The notes under the pieces were generated by a model. The model was not told the DNA's origin and did not search any database. It saw only the letters and a list, made by a program, of their open reading frames with translations. Shown piece by piece: positions 54,449-64,000 of a stretch of 64,000 bases of DNA. Source of the DNA: Chthoniobacterales bacterium. GTDB lineage: Bacteria > Verrucomicrobiota > Verrucomicrobiia > Chthoniobacterales > Chthoniobacteraceae. The translations under genes and the position numbers were made by a program. How positions within the stretch are numbered: the stretch's first letter is position 1; every line of letters begins with the position of its first letter. Where the stretch lies: assembly GCA_038207335.1 (NCBI GenBank), contig JBBQZX010000012.1:32001-96000 (forward strand). Reading direction: 5' to 3'.

Positions 54449-56626
54449 TCACGTCACCGCATCCGGCGCAAGGCCGAGTTGCGCCTTCATTCGCGCGATC
54501 TCCGATCGCATCTGCTCGCGCTTGGTTTGCATGGTGTTGACGTGCTGCTTCGTCCGCTCCAGCCCTGCGCGCGTCGCATCCAGCTCCGCTTTAAGCGACA
54601 CCACCTCCCCCTCCGCTGCGCGCAACCGTTCCGCCGATTTCTCCGCTGCATCCTGCACCATCGATGCGCTCTCAGACACGGACGAGTTTCTAACGCGCAA
54701 ATCTTTGAGCTGCTGCGCCGTCGCCGCCGCGGACGCTGTCAGACGTGCCGTTTCCGCCAGCGCGCGGTCGCGCTCCGCCACCTGCTCGGTCCGCTTTTGC
54801 TCCGAGTCCGCCGCTGCCTTTTCCGCCGCCTCGAGTTGCAGCCGCAACGTGTGCTCCGTTGTCTTTTGCCGCTCCGCCTCGGCCATCAGCTCTCGAATAC
54901 GCACCTCACCCCCGCCAGTCTTCGACACCGTCTCGTCCCGCTCAACTCGCATCATCTCGTAATTTTTCCGCGACGCCTCCGCCTGCGCGCGCGTCTCGTC
55001 GAGAGCGCTCTGCAACTCCGCCGCGCGCTCATTCGCCGCAGCCGCCTCGCCCCACAGCTTCGCCGCATCCGCGCGCGCATCCTCCTCCTTCGCGGCCAAC
55101 TTCCCCTCCAACTCCTCCCGCAGCGCCTTCGCTGAGGCCGCCTCCACCGTCATCGCATCCAGCTCCGCGCGCAGCGCCTTCAGCTCCGACTCCCCCTTTG
55201 CCACTTGATCCCCGAGCGATTTCGCCTCCTCGAACGCCCCCGCCAGCAGCGCCGCCTCCTGCTCGCGCGTTCCGCTCGCCTCCGCCGACGCCAGGCGCAC
55301 ACGGTCGAGTTCCACCTTGACCGCCGCCACCTCTCTCGCCGCCTTTTCCAGCTCCGCCTCCCGCTCGCCGATCTGCCTCCGCACCGTGTCCCGCTCGCCG
55401 CGCATCACCGCGAGATTTGCTTTCGTGTCGATCATCTGTGCGCGCAAATTTTTCATCTCCACCTCCAGCGTCGCGAGGGCTTTGCCCGCCGCAGGGTCAT
55501 CCACGCGCCGCTGCAATTCCACGCGCTCGCGCTCCGACTTCGCAAAGCTCCCCGCCACCTCCACCAGCTTTTTGTTCGCCGCCTCGAGCGAATCTTTTGC
55601 CGAGGAAAGTTGATCGCCCAGTGCCTTCATTTCCGTCTCCGCGAGCTCGCGCCCCGCCTTCACCGCAGACGCATCCTCTCCGAGTTTCACAACTTGCACC
55701 TTCAGCTCATCACGCTCCTTTTCCGCCGACGTCTGCGCCGCTTTCGCCTTGCTCAACTCCACCGCTGCAGCCCCCTCGCTCGCCTTCACCGCAGCCGCAT
55801 CCTCGCCGAGTTTCGCTACATGCACCTTCAACTCATCGCGCTCTTTTTCCGCCGCCGTCTGCGCTGCTTTCGCCTTGCTCACTTCCCCCGCTGCAGCCCC
55901 CTCGCTCGCCTTCACCGCAACCGCGTCCTCTCCGAGTTTCGCCACTTGCGCCTTCAGCTCATCGCGCTCCTTTTCCGCAGCCGCGTGCTCCGCTTTCGCC
56001 TTGCTCAATTCCCCCGCAACCGTGCCGCTCGCCTTCACTTCGCTGTCCCATTTCGCTGCCGCGGCAGCCGCCAATTCCAGCTCCCCGCGCGTCTTCGCGA
56101 GCTGCGTGCGCGCCTCCTCCAAATCTTTTCGCAGAGCCGCTTCGGCGCTGCTCGCAGTCTCGAGCGACGCTACATTTTTTCCCAAAATCTCACGCTCCGA
56201 ACTCACTCGCGCCAGCTCCGCACGCAAGCTTTCCATCGCGCTTCGCGCCTCGCTCAGTGCTGCCGCATCGGCATCTGCTTTCGCCGATTTTTCCTGCAGC
56301 GAGTCGCGCTCCCTTTCAGCCGCGTCGGACGAATTCTTGAGCGCGCCTGACTCCTCCGCAATCCGCTTCGCATCAGCCTTCAGCGCCGCCGACTCGGCCA
56401 GCACGACTGCCAGCTCCTTCTCCTTTTCCTCGATCTCCGCGCGCGCCGCTGCCAGCGCGGCATCCGCTTTTTTCGTGCTCTTCAGGACGTTCACCGGTGC
56501 GGTGTCATTCGGCGGAATCACGAGCGCACTCGCGCACGTCGGGCAGTCGATTTGCATGCCAGCGGCGGCTTCATCGACGCCGATTTTCGTCTGGCACTCG
56601 GGGCAGTAGAACTTGATGTCGGGCAT
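54449..56626 (-). CDS. N-terminal zinc-ribbon plus long coiled-coil protein (~725 aa)
   Basis: MPDIKFYCPEC...IDCPTC (CxxC x2), then ~650 aa of A/E/K-rich heptads; the ORF-track start (57409) is an antisense extension over the HAD gene. Confidence 0.8.
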   Translation of the reverse strand: MPDIKFYCPECQTKIGVDEAAAGMQIDCPTCASALVIPPNDTAPVNVLKSTKKADAALAAARAEIEEKEKELAVVLAESAALKADAKRIAEESGALKNSSDAAERERDSLQEKSAKADADAAALSEARSAMESLRAELARVSSEREILGKNVASLETASSAEAALRKDLEEARTQLAKTRGELELAAAAAAKWDSEVKASGTVAGELSKAKAEHAAAEKERDELKAQVAKLGEDAVAVKASEGAAAGEVSKAKAAQTAAEKERDELKVHVAKLGEDAAAVKASEGAAAVELSKAKAAQTSAEKERDELKVQVVKLGEDASAVKAGRELAETEMKALGDQLSSAKDSLEAANKKLVEVAGSFAKSERERVELQRRVDDPAAGKALATLEVEMKNLRAQMIDTKANLAVMRGERDTVRRQIGEREAELEKAAREVAAVKVELDRVRLASAEASGTREQEAALLAGAFEEAKSLGDQVAKGESELKALRAELDAMTVEAASAKALREELEGKLAAKEEDARADAAKLWGEAAAANERAAELQSALDETRAQAEASRKNYEMMRVERDETVSKTGGGEVRIRELMAEAERQKTTEHTLRLQLEAAEKAAADSEQKRTEQVAERDRALAETARLTASAAATAQQLKDLRVRNSSVSESASMVQDAAEKSAERLRAAEGEVVSLKAELDATRAGLERTKQHVNTMQTKREQMRSEIARMKAQLGLAPDAVT
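55665..56038 (-). repeat. Three intragenic tandem repeats of 126/126/123 bp (42/42/41 aa)
   Basis: The anchor GCCTTCAC recurs at 55656, 55782, 55908 and 56031; peptide unit VKASEGAAAGEVSKAKAAQTAAEKERDELKVHVAKLGEDAAA. Confidence 0.9.
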
Positions 56627-56755
56627 GTGCGGGAGAGGCGCCCGCGACTGCGGACACGCCCCGCCAATTACCACCGCAGCCCCGCGAGCGAAAGGACGAT
56701 TTCCAACGCGCGCTTCCGCTTGCGCCACACCGCTTTCCCGGGCGACGCTGCGCGC

Positions 56756-57403
56756 GTGTCCGCGCAAAATCCCACTCCACTCGTCCTCCCTCCCGGCCCG
56801 TTCGACGCCTACATTTTCGACTGCGACGGCACCCTCGCCGACACCATGCCAACCCACTACAAAGCGTGGCAGATCGCCCTCGGCCCTCATGCCGACAGCT
56901 TTCCCGAGGCCATGTTTTACGAACTCGGCGGCGTCCCCACCTCCCGCGTCGTCGAGATCCTCAACGAGCGTCACGGCTTCGGCATGCCCGTCGGAGACAC
57001 CGTCGATCGCAAGGAAGCGCTCTTCCTCGAAATGAGCGCGGAGGTCGCTGCCATCGAACCCGTAGTCGCTCTCGCGAAAAGTTTTGCCGGCGAGAAGCCG
57101 CTTGCCGTCGCCTCGGGCGGACACCGACGCATCGTGATGAAAACCCTGCGCGCGCTCGGCATCACCGACCTCTTCGACACGGTCGTCGCCTCCGAGGACT
57201 ACGCGCGCGGAAAGCCCTTCCCGGATCCCTTTCTCGAGGCCGCGCGGCGCCTTGGCGTCGCGCCGGAAAAGTGCCTCGTCTTCGAGGACACTTCCACTGG
57301 CACCGCAGCCGCCGACGCTGCCGGAATGCAGTGGGTGCTCGTGCCGCCACCACCGCGCTCGTCCTCGATCTCGCCGCAGAAAATCGACCACAGGGACGAG
57401 TAG
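56756..57403 (+). CDS. HAD family phosphatase (beta-PGM/YqaB-like)
   Basis: YIFDCDGTLADTM, AVASGG, GKPFPDPFL, CLVFEDT; GTG start approximate. Confidence 0.88.
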   Translation: MSAQNPTPLVLPPGPFDAYIFDCDGTLADTMPTHYKAWQIALGPHADSFPEAMFYELGGVPTSRVVEILNERHGFGMPVGDTVDRKEALFLEMSAEVAAIEPVVALAKSFAGEKPLAVASGGHRRIVMKTLRALGITDLFDTVVASEDYARGKPFPDPFLEAARRLGVAPEKCLVFEDTSTGTAAADAAGMQWVLVPPPPRSSSISPQKIDHRDE

Positions 57404-57427
57404 GAGCACGACGACGATCCGCAGGAC

Positions 57428-59611
57428 ATGCCCGCCGCCGACCTATACGCGACGCTGAAGAAAACCTTCGGCTACGACACCTTCCGCCCGTTACAGGAGG
57501 AGATCATCCGCGACTCCCTTGCGGGCCGCGACGTGTTCGCACTGCTGCCGACCGGCGGGGGCAAATCGCTCTGCTTCCAGCTCCCAGCCTTGATCCGCGA
57601 CGGATTGACCGTCGTCGTCTCGCCGCTCATCGCGCTGATGAAAGACCAAGTCGATGCCATGCAGGCCAGCGGAGTCGCGGCCACTTTTCTCAATTCCACC
57701 CTCGGCGCCGACGAGTCGCGCAAGCGCCTCCGCGGCCTCTTCGCCGGCGAGTACCGCCTCCTCTACGCCGCGCCCGAGCGCCTCATGCTCGACGGCACAC
57801 TCGACATGCTGCGGCAGTGGAATGTCGCGCAATTTGCCATCGACGAGGCGCACTGCATCAGCGAGTGGGGCCACGATTTCCGTCCCGAGTACCGGCAGCT
57901 CGCAAAGCTCCGCGGCGAGTTCCCGGGCGTGCCAGTCATGGCCCTCACCGCCACCGCCACGGAGCGCGTGCGCGCCGACATCGTGCGCCATTTGCACCTC
58001 GATTCCGCGCACCTCTACGTCGCGAGTTTCAACCGCCCAAACCTCACTTACCGCGTCCTTCCAAAGTCCAAACCGTACGACCAGACGCTCGCATTCGTGC
58101 GCCAGCGGCGGCACGAATGCGGCATCGTTTATTGCGCCAGTCGCAAGGCCGCGGAGACCGTCGCGCAGCGGCTGAATGCCGATGGAATCAAGGCCGGTCC
58201 GTATCATGCCGGGCTCGACGACAAGACCCGCGCGCGCAATCAGGAGCTCTTTCTGCGCGACGAAATCCACGTCATCTGCGCGACCATCGCCTTCGGAATG
58301 GGCATCAACAAACCCAACGTTCGCTTCGTCATCCACTACGACCTGCCGAAGAACGTCGAGGGCTACTACCAGGAAACCGGACGTGCCGGTCGCGACGGAT
58401 TGCCGAGCGAATGCCTCCTCCTTTTCAGCTCCGGCGACGTCGTGAAGCAGACCGCGTGGATCGATGAAAAGCCCGACCTTGAGGAGCAGCGAAAAGCCCG
58501 CGAGCAGCTCCAGCAAATGGTCCACTACGCCGAGTGCGCCGCCTGCCGCCGCGCGGAACTCCTCGACTACTTCGGCGAAAAGTGGCCCGCGCAAAACTGC
58601 GCCGGATGCGACAACTGCCTCGAGCCGCGCGAGACATTCGACGGCACTCTCGCCGCGCAAAAATTCCTCTCATGCGTCTATCGACTGCGGCAGGCGTCGC
58701 GTTTCGGCGTCGGTTTGAATCACATCGTCGAAGTCCTCACCGGCGGCGCTTCGGAGAAAGTGATCAAGTGGGGGCACGACAAAATCTCGACCTACGGCAT
58801 CGGCAAAGAGCACTCGCGCAGCGACTGGCAGGCGATCGGCCGCGAGATCATCCGCCTCGGATATTGCAGCCAGAGCACGGAGAAATTCAGCACACTCGAG
58901 CTCACGCAGGACGGGCTCGACGCGCTGCGTTCGCGGAAAAACATCACGCTCACGCGCCCCATGCCCGTGCCCGACCGCACGCGCGAGCGCGGCTCGCGCG
59001 CCGGAGCGATCTCGTGCGACGAGGCGCTTTTCGAGAAACTCCGCACACTGCGCAAACAATTCGCCGACGAGCGCGACGTGCCAGCCTACATCGTCTTTTC
59101 CGATGTCACGCTGCGGCTCATGGCGCGCGATTACCCGGCGACCGACTCCGCATTTTCAAAGATCACCGGCATCGGCGAGCGCAAGCGCGCGGAGTTCGGC
59201 GAAGCTTTCCTCGCGGTCATTCGCGAGCATTTGGAAAATCATCCGCGCGCGGTATTCGCGACGGAACTCGAGACCTTTCACGGCCCGCCGCCGAAGAAAG
59301 TCGCCGCGCAGAACTCGCGCGAAAGCTGGCGGCTGTTCGCGGCCGGAAGTTCCTTTGCCGAAGTCGCGCGCGCCCGAGGTCTCACTGAAAGCACCATTGT
59401 GAAACACATCGCCGACGCCGTCGAAGCCGGCGAGTCGTTCGACCTCGGTACGATGTTCACGCTCGACGAGCAGGCGACGCTCTCCGCCGCCTTCGTGCAG
59501 CTCGGCGACTCCGCGCTCGGCCCGATCAAAGACGCCCTCGGCGACCGCTTCGACTACAACCGCCTGCACCTCTTCCGCGCCGCCCTGCGCGCGATGAAGC
59601 AAGCGCGCTAG
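57428..59611 (+). CDS. recQ: ATP-dependent DNA helicase RecQ
   Basis: PTGGGKSLCFQ, DEAHCISEWGHDFRPEY, ATIAFGMGI, YYQETGRAGRDG, Zn/RQC cysteines, HRDC (VPAYIVFSD), C-terminal HTH. Confidence 0.97.
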   Translation: MPAADLYATLKKTFGYDTFRPLQEEIIRDSLAGRDVFALLPTGGGKSLCFQLPALIRDGLTVVVSPLIALMKDQVDAMQASGVAATFLNSTLGADESRKRLRGLFAGEYRLLYAAPERLMLDGTLDMLRQWNVAQFAIDEAHCISEWGHDFRPEYRQLAKLRGEFPGVPVMALTATATERVRADIVRHLHLDSAHLYVASFNRPNLTYRVLPKSKPYDQTLAFVRQRRHECGIVYCASRKAAETVAQRLNADGIKAGPYHAGLDDKTRARNQELFLRDEIHVICATIAFGMGINKPNVRFVIHYDLPKNVEGYYQETGRAGRDGLPSECLLLFSSGDVVKQTAWIDEKPDLEEQRKAREQLQQMVHYAECAACRRAELLDYFGEKWPAQNCAGCDNCLEPRETFDGTLAAQKFLSCVYRLRQASRFGVGLNHIVEVLTGGASEKVIKWGHDKISTYGIGKEHSRSDWQAIGREIIRLGYCSQSTEKFSTLELTQDGLDALRSRKNITLTRPMPVPDRTRERGSRAGAISCDEALFEKLRTLRKQFADERDVPAYIVFSDVTLRLMARDYPATDSAFSKITGIGERKRAEFGEAFLAVIREHLENHPRAVFATELETFHGPPPKKVAAQNSRESWRLFAAGSSFAEVARARGLTESTIVKHIADAVEAGESFDLGTMFTLDEQATLSAAFVQLGDSALGPIKDALGDRFDYNRLHLFRAALRAMKQAR

Positions 59612-59627
59612 CGCGGGGCGGGCGCGC

Positions 59628-62471
59628 TCAGCCTTTGCGGCGGCGGGTGCGCTGCATCCCGACGAGCATTCCAAAGCCGCCGAGCAGGAGGGCTACGGAG
59701 CCGGGCTCGGGGACGACTTGGAACTGGAGCGCGCCGCCGCTCAGGGCGAAGGTGCCGGTGTAGCCGCCGGTGAGCCCGATATAGCTGAAATCGCCCACGG
59801 AGAAGCCCGTGGAGGAGCCGAAGGTGGCGAGCGTGTAGGTCGTGGGGGACGCGGCGGTGCCGATGCCGCTGTTTTGGAAATCGAACACGAATGTCGAGCC
59901 GGTGCCTTTTCCAAAGACGCCGCTGCCGAGGGAGATCAAGTCGGAGGTGCTGCCGACGTTGCTCAGCTCGAATTTCATCTGGGCAAAGGCGCCGGCGGTC
60001 TCGCCGTTCCACGTCAGGTTGCCGTTGGCCGTGCTGAGGGTGCCGATGCTCGCGCCCGGTGCGATCGCGCCGTCTGCATTCAGCATGATCGAGCCGACGG
60101 TGCCGTCGCCGCCGAGGGTGCCACCCGCATTCACCACCGCCGTGCTGCCGACTGCCGAGCCGCTGACGAGCAGCGTGCCGCCGTTCACGGTGGTGGGGCC
60201 GTTGTAAGTGTTGATGCCGGAGACGGTCAGGGCTCCGATGCCGGACTTCGTGAGGCCGCCGTCGATGGCCGCGTCGCCGAGGGTCGAGTGCGTCAGGGTT
60301 TGAGCGATCGTGAAATCGAAGCCGTTGCTGTCGAATTTCGCGCCCCCGTCGCGGACGTTGCTCGCGATGGTGCCCGCGATGGCCGCGCCGGTGCCGGTCG
60401 CTTGGAAGGTGCCGCCGTTGTAATTGATGACCGCCGTCGTGACTGCGCCGACGCCCTTGGTGATCGAGCGGTTGGTGGAAAGGGTGCCGCCGTCGAGATT
60501 GATCGTGCCGGTTCCCACTGTGGCGTCCGATGAGCCGAGGATGAACGCTCCGGTGGTCACTCCCGTGCTGAACAAGCCCGTGTTCGAGACCGTGAGAGTG
60601 CCGGTGCCGGCCGTGTGCGCTCCATCGTAGCTGTCGCCGACGCGGACAGGGGTATTCGCGCCCACTAGGAACGAGCCTCCGGTGATGTTCAGCAATCCCG
60701 TCGCGGCACCGCTGCTGATGAACAAGCCCACGGTGGCGTTCGAGTTAAACGTGCCAGCGGTCAGGGTCAGCGTGCTGTTGATGTTGTCGCCGATGCCGGT
60801 GTAGCCGCCTGTGTTCGTCACGTTTCCCGAGACGTTCACGTTGCCGCCGTTGAGATTGAACTTGCTGTTGGTGTTCACAGTCCCGGAGATGTCCGTATTT
60901 CCGCCGGAGGCCACAAATTGCGCGACCGTGGTGGTGCCACTCAGCGAGAGGGTGTTGGCTCCGCTTTTCACCACGCCGATGGTCGTGCCCGCGCTGGTGG
61001 CGGCACCGAGGTCCGCGGTCTGCGCGTAATCGCCGTTGGTGGTATCGATGAGGACGAACGAGCCGTTGGCAAAGGTCGCGTTGGAAAGCAGCGTCGCGAA
61101 ATCCGCGGTGCTGATGCCCGCGCCGCCGACGCGCCCGCCGAGCGTCGCGTTGATGGAGACGCTGTAGCGGCCGGCAGTAGCGAAGCCTGGGAGGGAGCCG
61201 GTATCATTTGCACTCAAGGTTCCGAGTTGCACGGCGACATTGCCGGTGAAGGTGTTGGCACCGCTGAGTGTGAGAATCCCATTGCCCCGCTTGATGAGGC
61301 CACCATCGGTCGCGGCGACTCCGCCGTGGGCGAAGTTCACGGGCATCGCCACGTTGAAGTTGTTCGTGTCGATAATCGCCCCGCCTTCCTTCACGTTCGC
61401 CGTGATCGTGTTCAGGATCGTGAGCGCGCTTCCGTTCGCCTTCAGCGTGCCGCCGTTAAAATTGAAAATGCTCGCCTTCGTGCCCGTGCCGACGATGCCC
61501 GTGCCAGGGGCGATCACGCTATTCGTGGCGAGCGTGCCACCGTCCAGATTGATCGTGCCCGAGCCGTTGTTGACATTGCCGACGCGAATGTTGCCCGTCG
61601 CGACGCCCGTGGTGAACAGTCCGGCGTCGGAGATCGTGAGCACGCCGGTGCCGTTGAAGAGGTTATTATATCCCGTGCCGATGTGGACCGTGCTGGTTGT
61701 CGTGAGCGTGCCGCCGGAGACATTCACGATCCCGGTGGACGAATTGGAGTTCGCATTGGTCGCGAGGAAGAAGGTCTGGTTCGTGGTGAATGTGCCCGCA
61801 GTGACATTGAGGGTGGCATTTGACCCGTCGCCCACCCCTGTGTAGCCGCCAGCCGTGATGTTCACCGTGCCGCTGGAGTTAAAGGAGACGCCGTTGGTGA
61901 GCGAAAACTTCCCGGGCGAAAAAGCAGTGCCGGTGTAGTTCAGTGTCCCGGACGACATGGTGAGCGCGCCAGCACCGCCGGTGATTCCCGTGCCGATGTT
62001 TAGGATATTCCCGGCACCGATGTTCCAGGTCTGGGTCGCGCTGACGTTGATCGCCGAATTGATCGTCGTGGTGCCGCCGACAAGCGACGACGTATTGATG
62101 CCGCTCCCGGCGATCGTGAGCGTATTCCCGGAGGCGAGGGTGTACCCGCTCGTGGAAAAAATGAGCCCCTGCGCGGTGATCCCGGCGGTCGGCGTCACTG
62201 TGCCCGCCGTGCCGGAAAAGGTGGCGGTGTTCGTGTTGAGGTTCGGCCAGACTGAATCGATTCCGCTACCGGCGAGCTCCCAGAAGCTCGAGGTCGTATT
62301 CCAATTGCCCGTCCCGCCCGAACCAGGGTCTGCCGCGATGGCGCTGGGATCCCAGAAATAATTCGCGGCCTTCGCCGCAGGCGCGGTGAGCAGGAGGGCG
62401 GGGCAAATCACAACGGCCAGTGCGGCGCTGCGACGGAAGAAGGTGGCGGAAGAATTCGGGCGTGCTTTCAT
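59628..62471 (-). CDS. PEP-CTERM protein with autotransporter-associated beta-strand repeats (~947 aa)
   Basis: Signal peptide ending AAKA-A, DGGLIKRGNGILTLSGANTF and DGGLTKSGIGALTVSGINTY repeats, VPEPGSVALLLGGFGMLVGMQRTRRRKG. Confidence 0.92.
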   Translation of the reverse strand: MKARPNSSATFFRRSAALAVVICPALLLTAPAAKAANYFWDPSAIAADPGSGGTGNWNTTSSFWELAGSGIDSVWPNLNTNTATFSGTAGTVTPTAGITAQGLIFSTSGYTLASGNTLTIAGSGINTSSLVGGTTTINSAINVSATQTWNIGAGNILNIGTGITGGAGALTMSSGTLNYTGTAFSPGKFSLTNGVSFNSSGTVNITAGGYTGVGDGSNATLNVTAGTFTTNQTFFLATNANSNSSTGIVNVSGGTLTTTSTVHIGTGYNNLFNGTGVLTISDAGLFTTGVATGNIRVGNVNNGSGTINLDGGTLATNSVIAPGTGIVGTGTKASIFNFNGGTLKANGSALTILNTITANVKEGGAIIDTNNFNVAMPVNFAHGGVAATDGGLIKRGNGILTLSGANTFTGNVAVQLGTLSANDTGSLPGFATAGRYSVSINATLGGRVGGAGISTADFATLLSNATFANGSFVLIDTTNGDYAQTADLGAATSAGTTIGVVKSGANTLSLSGTTTVAQFVASGGNTDISGTVNTNSKFNLNGGNVNVSGNVTNTGGYTGIGDNINSTLTLTAGTFNSNATVGLFISSGAATGLLNITGGSFLVGANTPVRVGDSYDGAHTAGTGTLTVSNTGLFSTGVTTGAFILGSSDATVGTGTINLDGGTLSTNRSITKGVGAVTTAVINYNGGTFQATGTGAAIAGTIASNVRDGGAKFDSNGFDFTIAQTLTHSTLGDAAIDGGLTKSGIGALTVSGINTYNGPTTVNGGTLLVSGSAVGSTAVVNAGGTLGGDGTVGSIMLNADGAIAPGASIGTLSTANGNLTWNGETAGAFAQMKFELSNVGSTSDLISLGSGVFGKGTGSTFVFDFQNSGIGTAASPTTYTLATFGSSTGFSVGDFSYIGLTGGYTGTFALSGGALQFQVVPEPGSVALLLGGFGMLVGMQRTRRRKG

Positions 62472-62672
62472 GAGTGGATTTCGATGGGAACCTACCCTGT
62501 TCGGGTACTCTGCGGGCCCTGTCCAGTGATTAACTTTATCAAAACAGCAATGAAGCAGACGCGTGCTCTTTTTCGCGTTTGCCACACTACGCCCTGTCCC
62601 TCTTCTTCCCCGAACTGCCTACTCCATTGGACACCTCCTCGCCGCACCGCGGGCGAGTGAGAGTAGGCGCGC

Positions 62673-64000
62673 TCAGCTTTGCCGGCGGCGGAAGCGCTGC
62701 ATGCCGAGGAGGAGTCCGAGGCCGCTGAGGAGCGTGGCGATGCTGCCGGGCTCGGGGACGGCGAGGAGGACTTGCGTGTTCACCGGGTCGATCACGATGG
62801 AGGCGAAGGGATGCGCGGTGAGGAAGGCGCTGTCGAGCGCGTAGCCGTTGTCCGTGAAGGTGCCGGAGTAGTCGAAGAGGACGTACTTCACGTTGTTTCC
62901 CAGCAAGCCGCCGAGTTCCGAGATGAAGATCGTGCCGCCGAGCGTGAGGCTGCCGTTGACGAGGACGAGGTCGTTGATGCCCGCGCCCGCGACGGTGTTG
63001 CCCATCGTGAGCTCGAAGCGGCTCGCGCTCGCAGTGTTGAGGCTCAGGTCGCCGGTGGTCAGCGTGCCAGGGCTGTTGCCGGGCGAGAGCGTGGTATTCG
63101 CGCCGAGGGAAACCGCCCCGGCAATCGTGCCGCTCCCGCCGAGCGTGCCGGCGGTGACATTCACCGAGCCCGCGACGGAGCCATTCAGCGCGAGCGTGCC
63201 CGCGCCGGATTTGGTGAGCGTGACGCTCCCGCTGATCGCGCCGGCGACGGCGAGATCGTTCGCTGCTGCTGCGCTGTCTTCGACGTTGAACGTGCGATCG
63301 ACAGCACCGAGATCAATGGCTCCGAGCGTCGCGCCGATTCCACCGCCCGCGGCTTCGTAGTGGATGCCGCCAGCGTTCGCGGTGGCGTTGGTGAGACTGA
63401 GCGTGGCGGCGAGTGAGGTATCCCGGAGGATGAGCGCGTCGGTGAAGGAGTTGAAGGTGATGCCGTTCGTGACTCCGCGTCCGTCGAGGGTGATCGAGGC
63501 GGCGTTCGTGAGCGTGCCTTGCCGGAAATTGAGCTGCGAGAGCGTCGCACTGCCGGGCGTGGTGTCCCCTGCGGCGGTATTTTGCAGGCTGAGTGCGGCG
63601 GTCGGGCCGTTCACGTTAACGATCGCTTGGCTGTGGAGGTCGTCGGTTTTCGTGATGTTCCCGCCGACGACGAAGCTGCCGCCGGTCAGATTGATCGTGC
63701 CGGTCGTCGCGCCGACGGTGCCGATGAATGTGGCCAGATTCACGTCGCCGTTCGCGACGAAGCTGCCGCCCCCCATATTGATCGTGCCCGCGCCGATGGT
63801 GGCGGTGCCGGGTCCGCTGGCGGTGTCGATGGAGCCGACGGTGACGGTGTTGACGGAGATGGCATTCGCGGCGCTGCTCCCGAGTGTAAGCGTGCCGGTG
63901 TCCGCGCCGGCGGCTCCGGCGAGCTGTTTCACGCCAATCGTGAGTGTGTCGAGGCTCGCGGTGAGCGTGCCGCCGCTGGCGTCGAACACGCCGATCGCAT
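62673..64000 (-). CDS. PEP-CTERM beta-strand-repeat protein; partial, 5-prime end beyond the window
   Basis: Frame open to the right edge; LTKSGAGTLAL, LSPGNSPGTL, VPEPGSIATLLSGLGLLLGMQRFRRR. Confidence 0.9.
   Translation of the reverse strand, partial: AIGVFDASGGTLTASLDTLTIGVKQLAGAAGADTGTLTLGSSAANAISVNTVTVGSIDTASGPGTATIGAGTINMGGGSFVANGDVNLATFIGTVGATTGTINLTGGSFVVGGNITKTDDLHSQAIVNVNGPTAALSLQNTAAGDTTPGSATLSQLNFRQGTLTNAASITLDGRGVTNGITFNSFTDALILRDTSLAATLSLTNATANAGGIHYEAAGGGIGATLGAIDLGAVDRTFNVEDSAAAANDLAVAGAISGSVTLTKSGAGTLALNGSVAGSVNVTAGTLGGSGTIAGAVSLGANTTLSPGNSPGTLTTGDLSLNTASASRFELTMGNTVAGAGINDLVLVNGSLTLGGTIFISELGGLLGNNVKYVLFDYSGTFTDNGYALDSAFLTAHPFASIVIDPVNTQVLLAVPEPGSIATLLSGLGLLLGMQRFRRRQS

Noticed and set aside
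55665..56038. CRISPR array
   Set aside because: The repeats are contiguous, in-frame coding units with no spacers.
56627..57409. N-terminal extension of the 986-aa ORF
   Set aside because: Antisense shadow of the HAD phosphatase; the real protein starts at MPDIKFYC.
62617..62668. Terminator or ncRNA (GCCTACTC...GAGTAGGC inverted repeat)
   Set aside because: Imperfect stem with a large interior and no U tract; cannot be distinguished from chance in GC-rich DNA.
315..63550. Numerous Arg/Ala/Pro-rich 60-550 aa ORFs overlapping the called genes
   Set aside because: Typical off-frame or antisense shadows of high-GC coding sequence with no family motifs.

Overview
GC-rich bacterial chromosomal window, most likely Verrucomicrobiota (Chthoniobacter/Spartobacteria-like). 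This is inferred from several PEP-CTERM proteins with autotransporter-type beta-strand repeats, a PVC-signature DUF1501 + PSCyt1/DUF1549/DUF1553 pair and SD-less C-rich leaders. Left to right: a partial LamG/Ig/cadherin surface protein; a 2040-aa PEP-CTERM protein downstream of an XylR-type regulator and a PMI-like cupin; a tightly coupled 13.6-kb four-gene operon (membrane di-heme RoxA/CCP-like cytochrome c, GMC oxidoreductase fused to a patatin/cPLA2-like lipase, DUF4331-TM-catalase-like fusion, S8 lipoprotein protease); a two-partner-secretion locus (two paralogous FHA-like TpsA genes in inverted orientation around TpsB and an exported TPR-CHAT protease, plus a decayed second tpsB); a VOC-alkA-ATP-grasp operon; about 1.1 kb of gene remnants; DUF1501-DUF1549/1553; ileS-lspA; beta-propeller, TPR, Zn-ribbon coiled-coil and HAD genes; recQ; and two more PEP-CTERM genes. 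No rRNA, tRNA, CRISPR array or intact mobile element was seen. The best candidates for an undescribed system are the fused redox/lipase operon (10915-24518) and the TpsA/TpsB/CHAT module (25462-38241). All family calls come from motif recognition by eye, not database searches.
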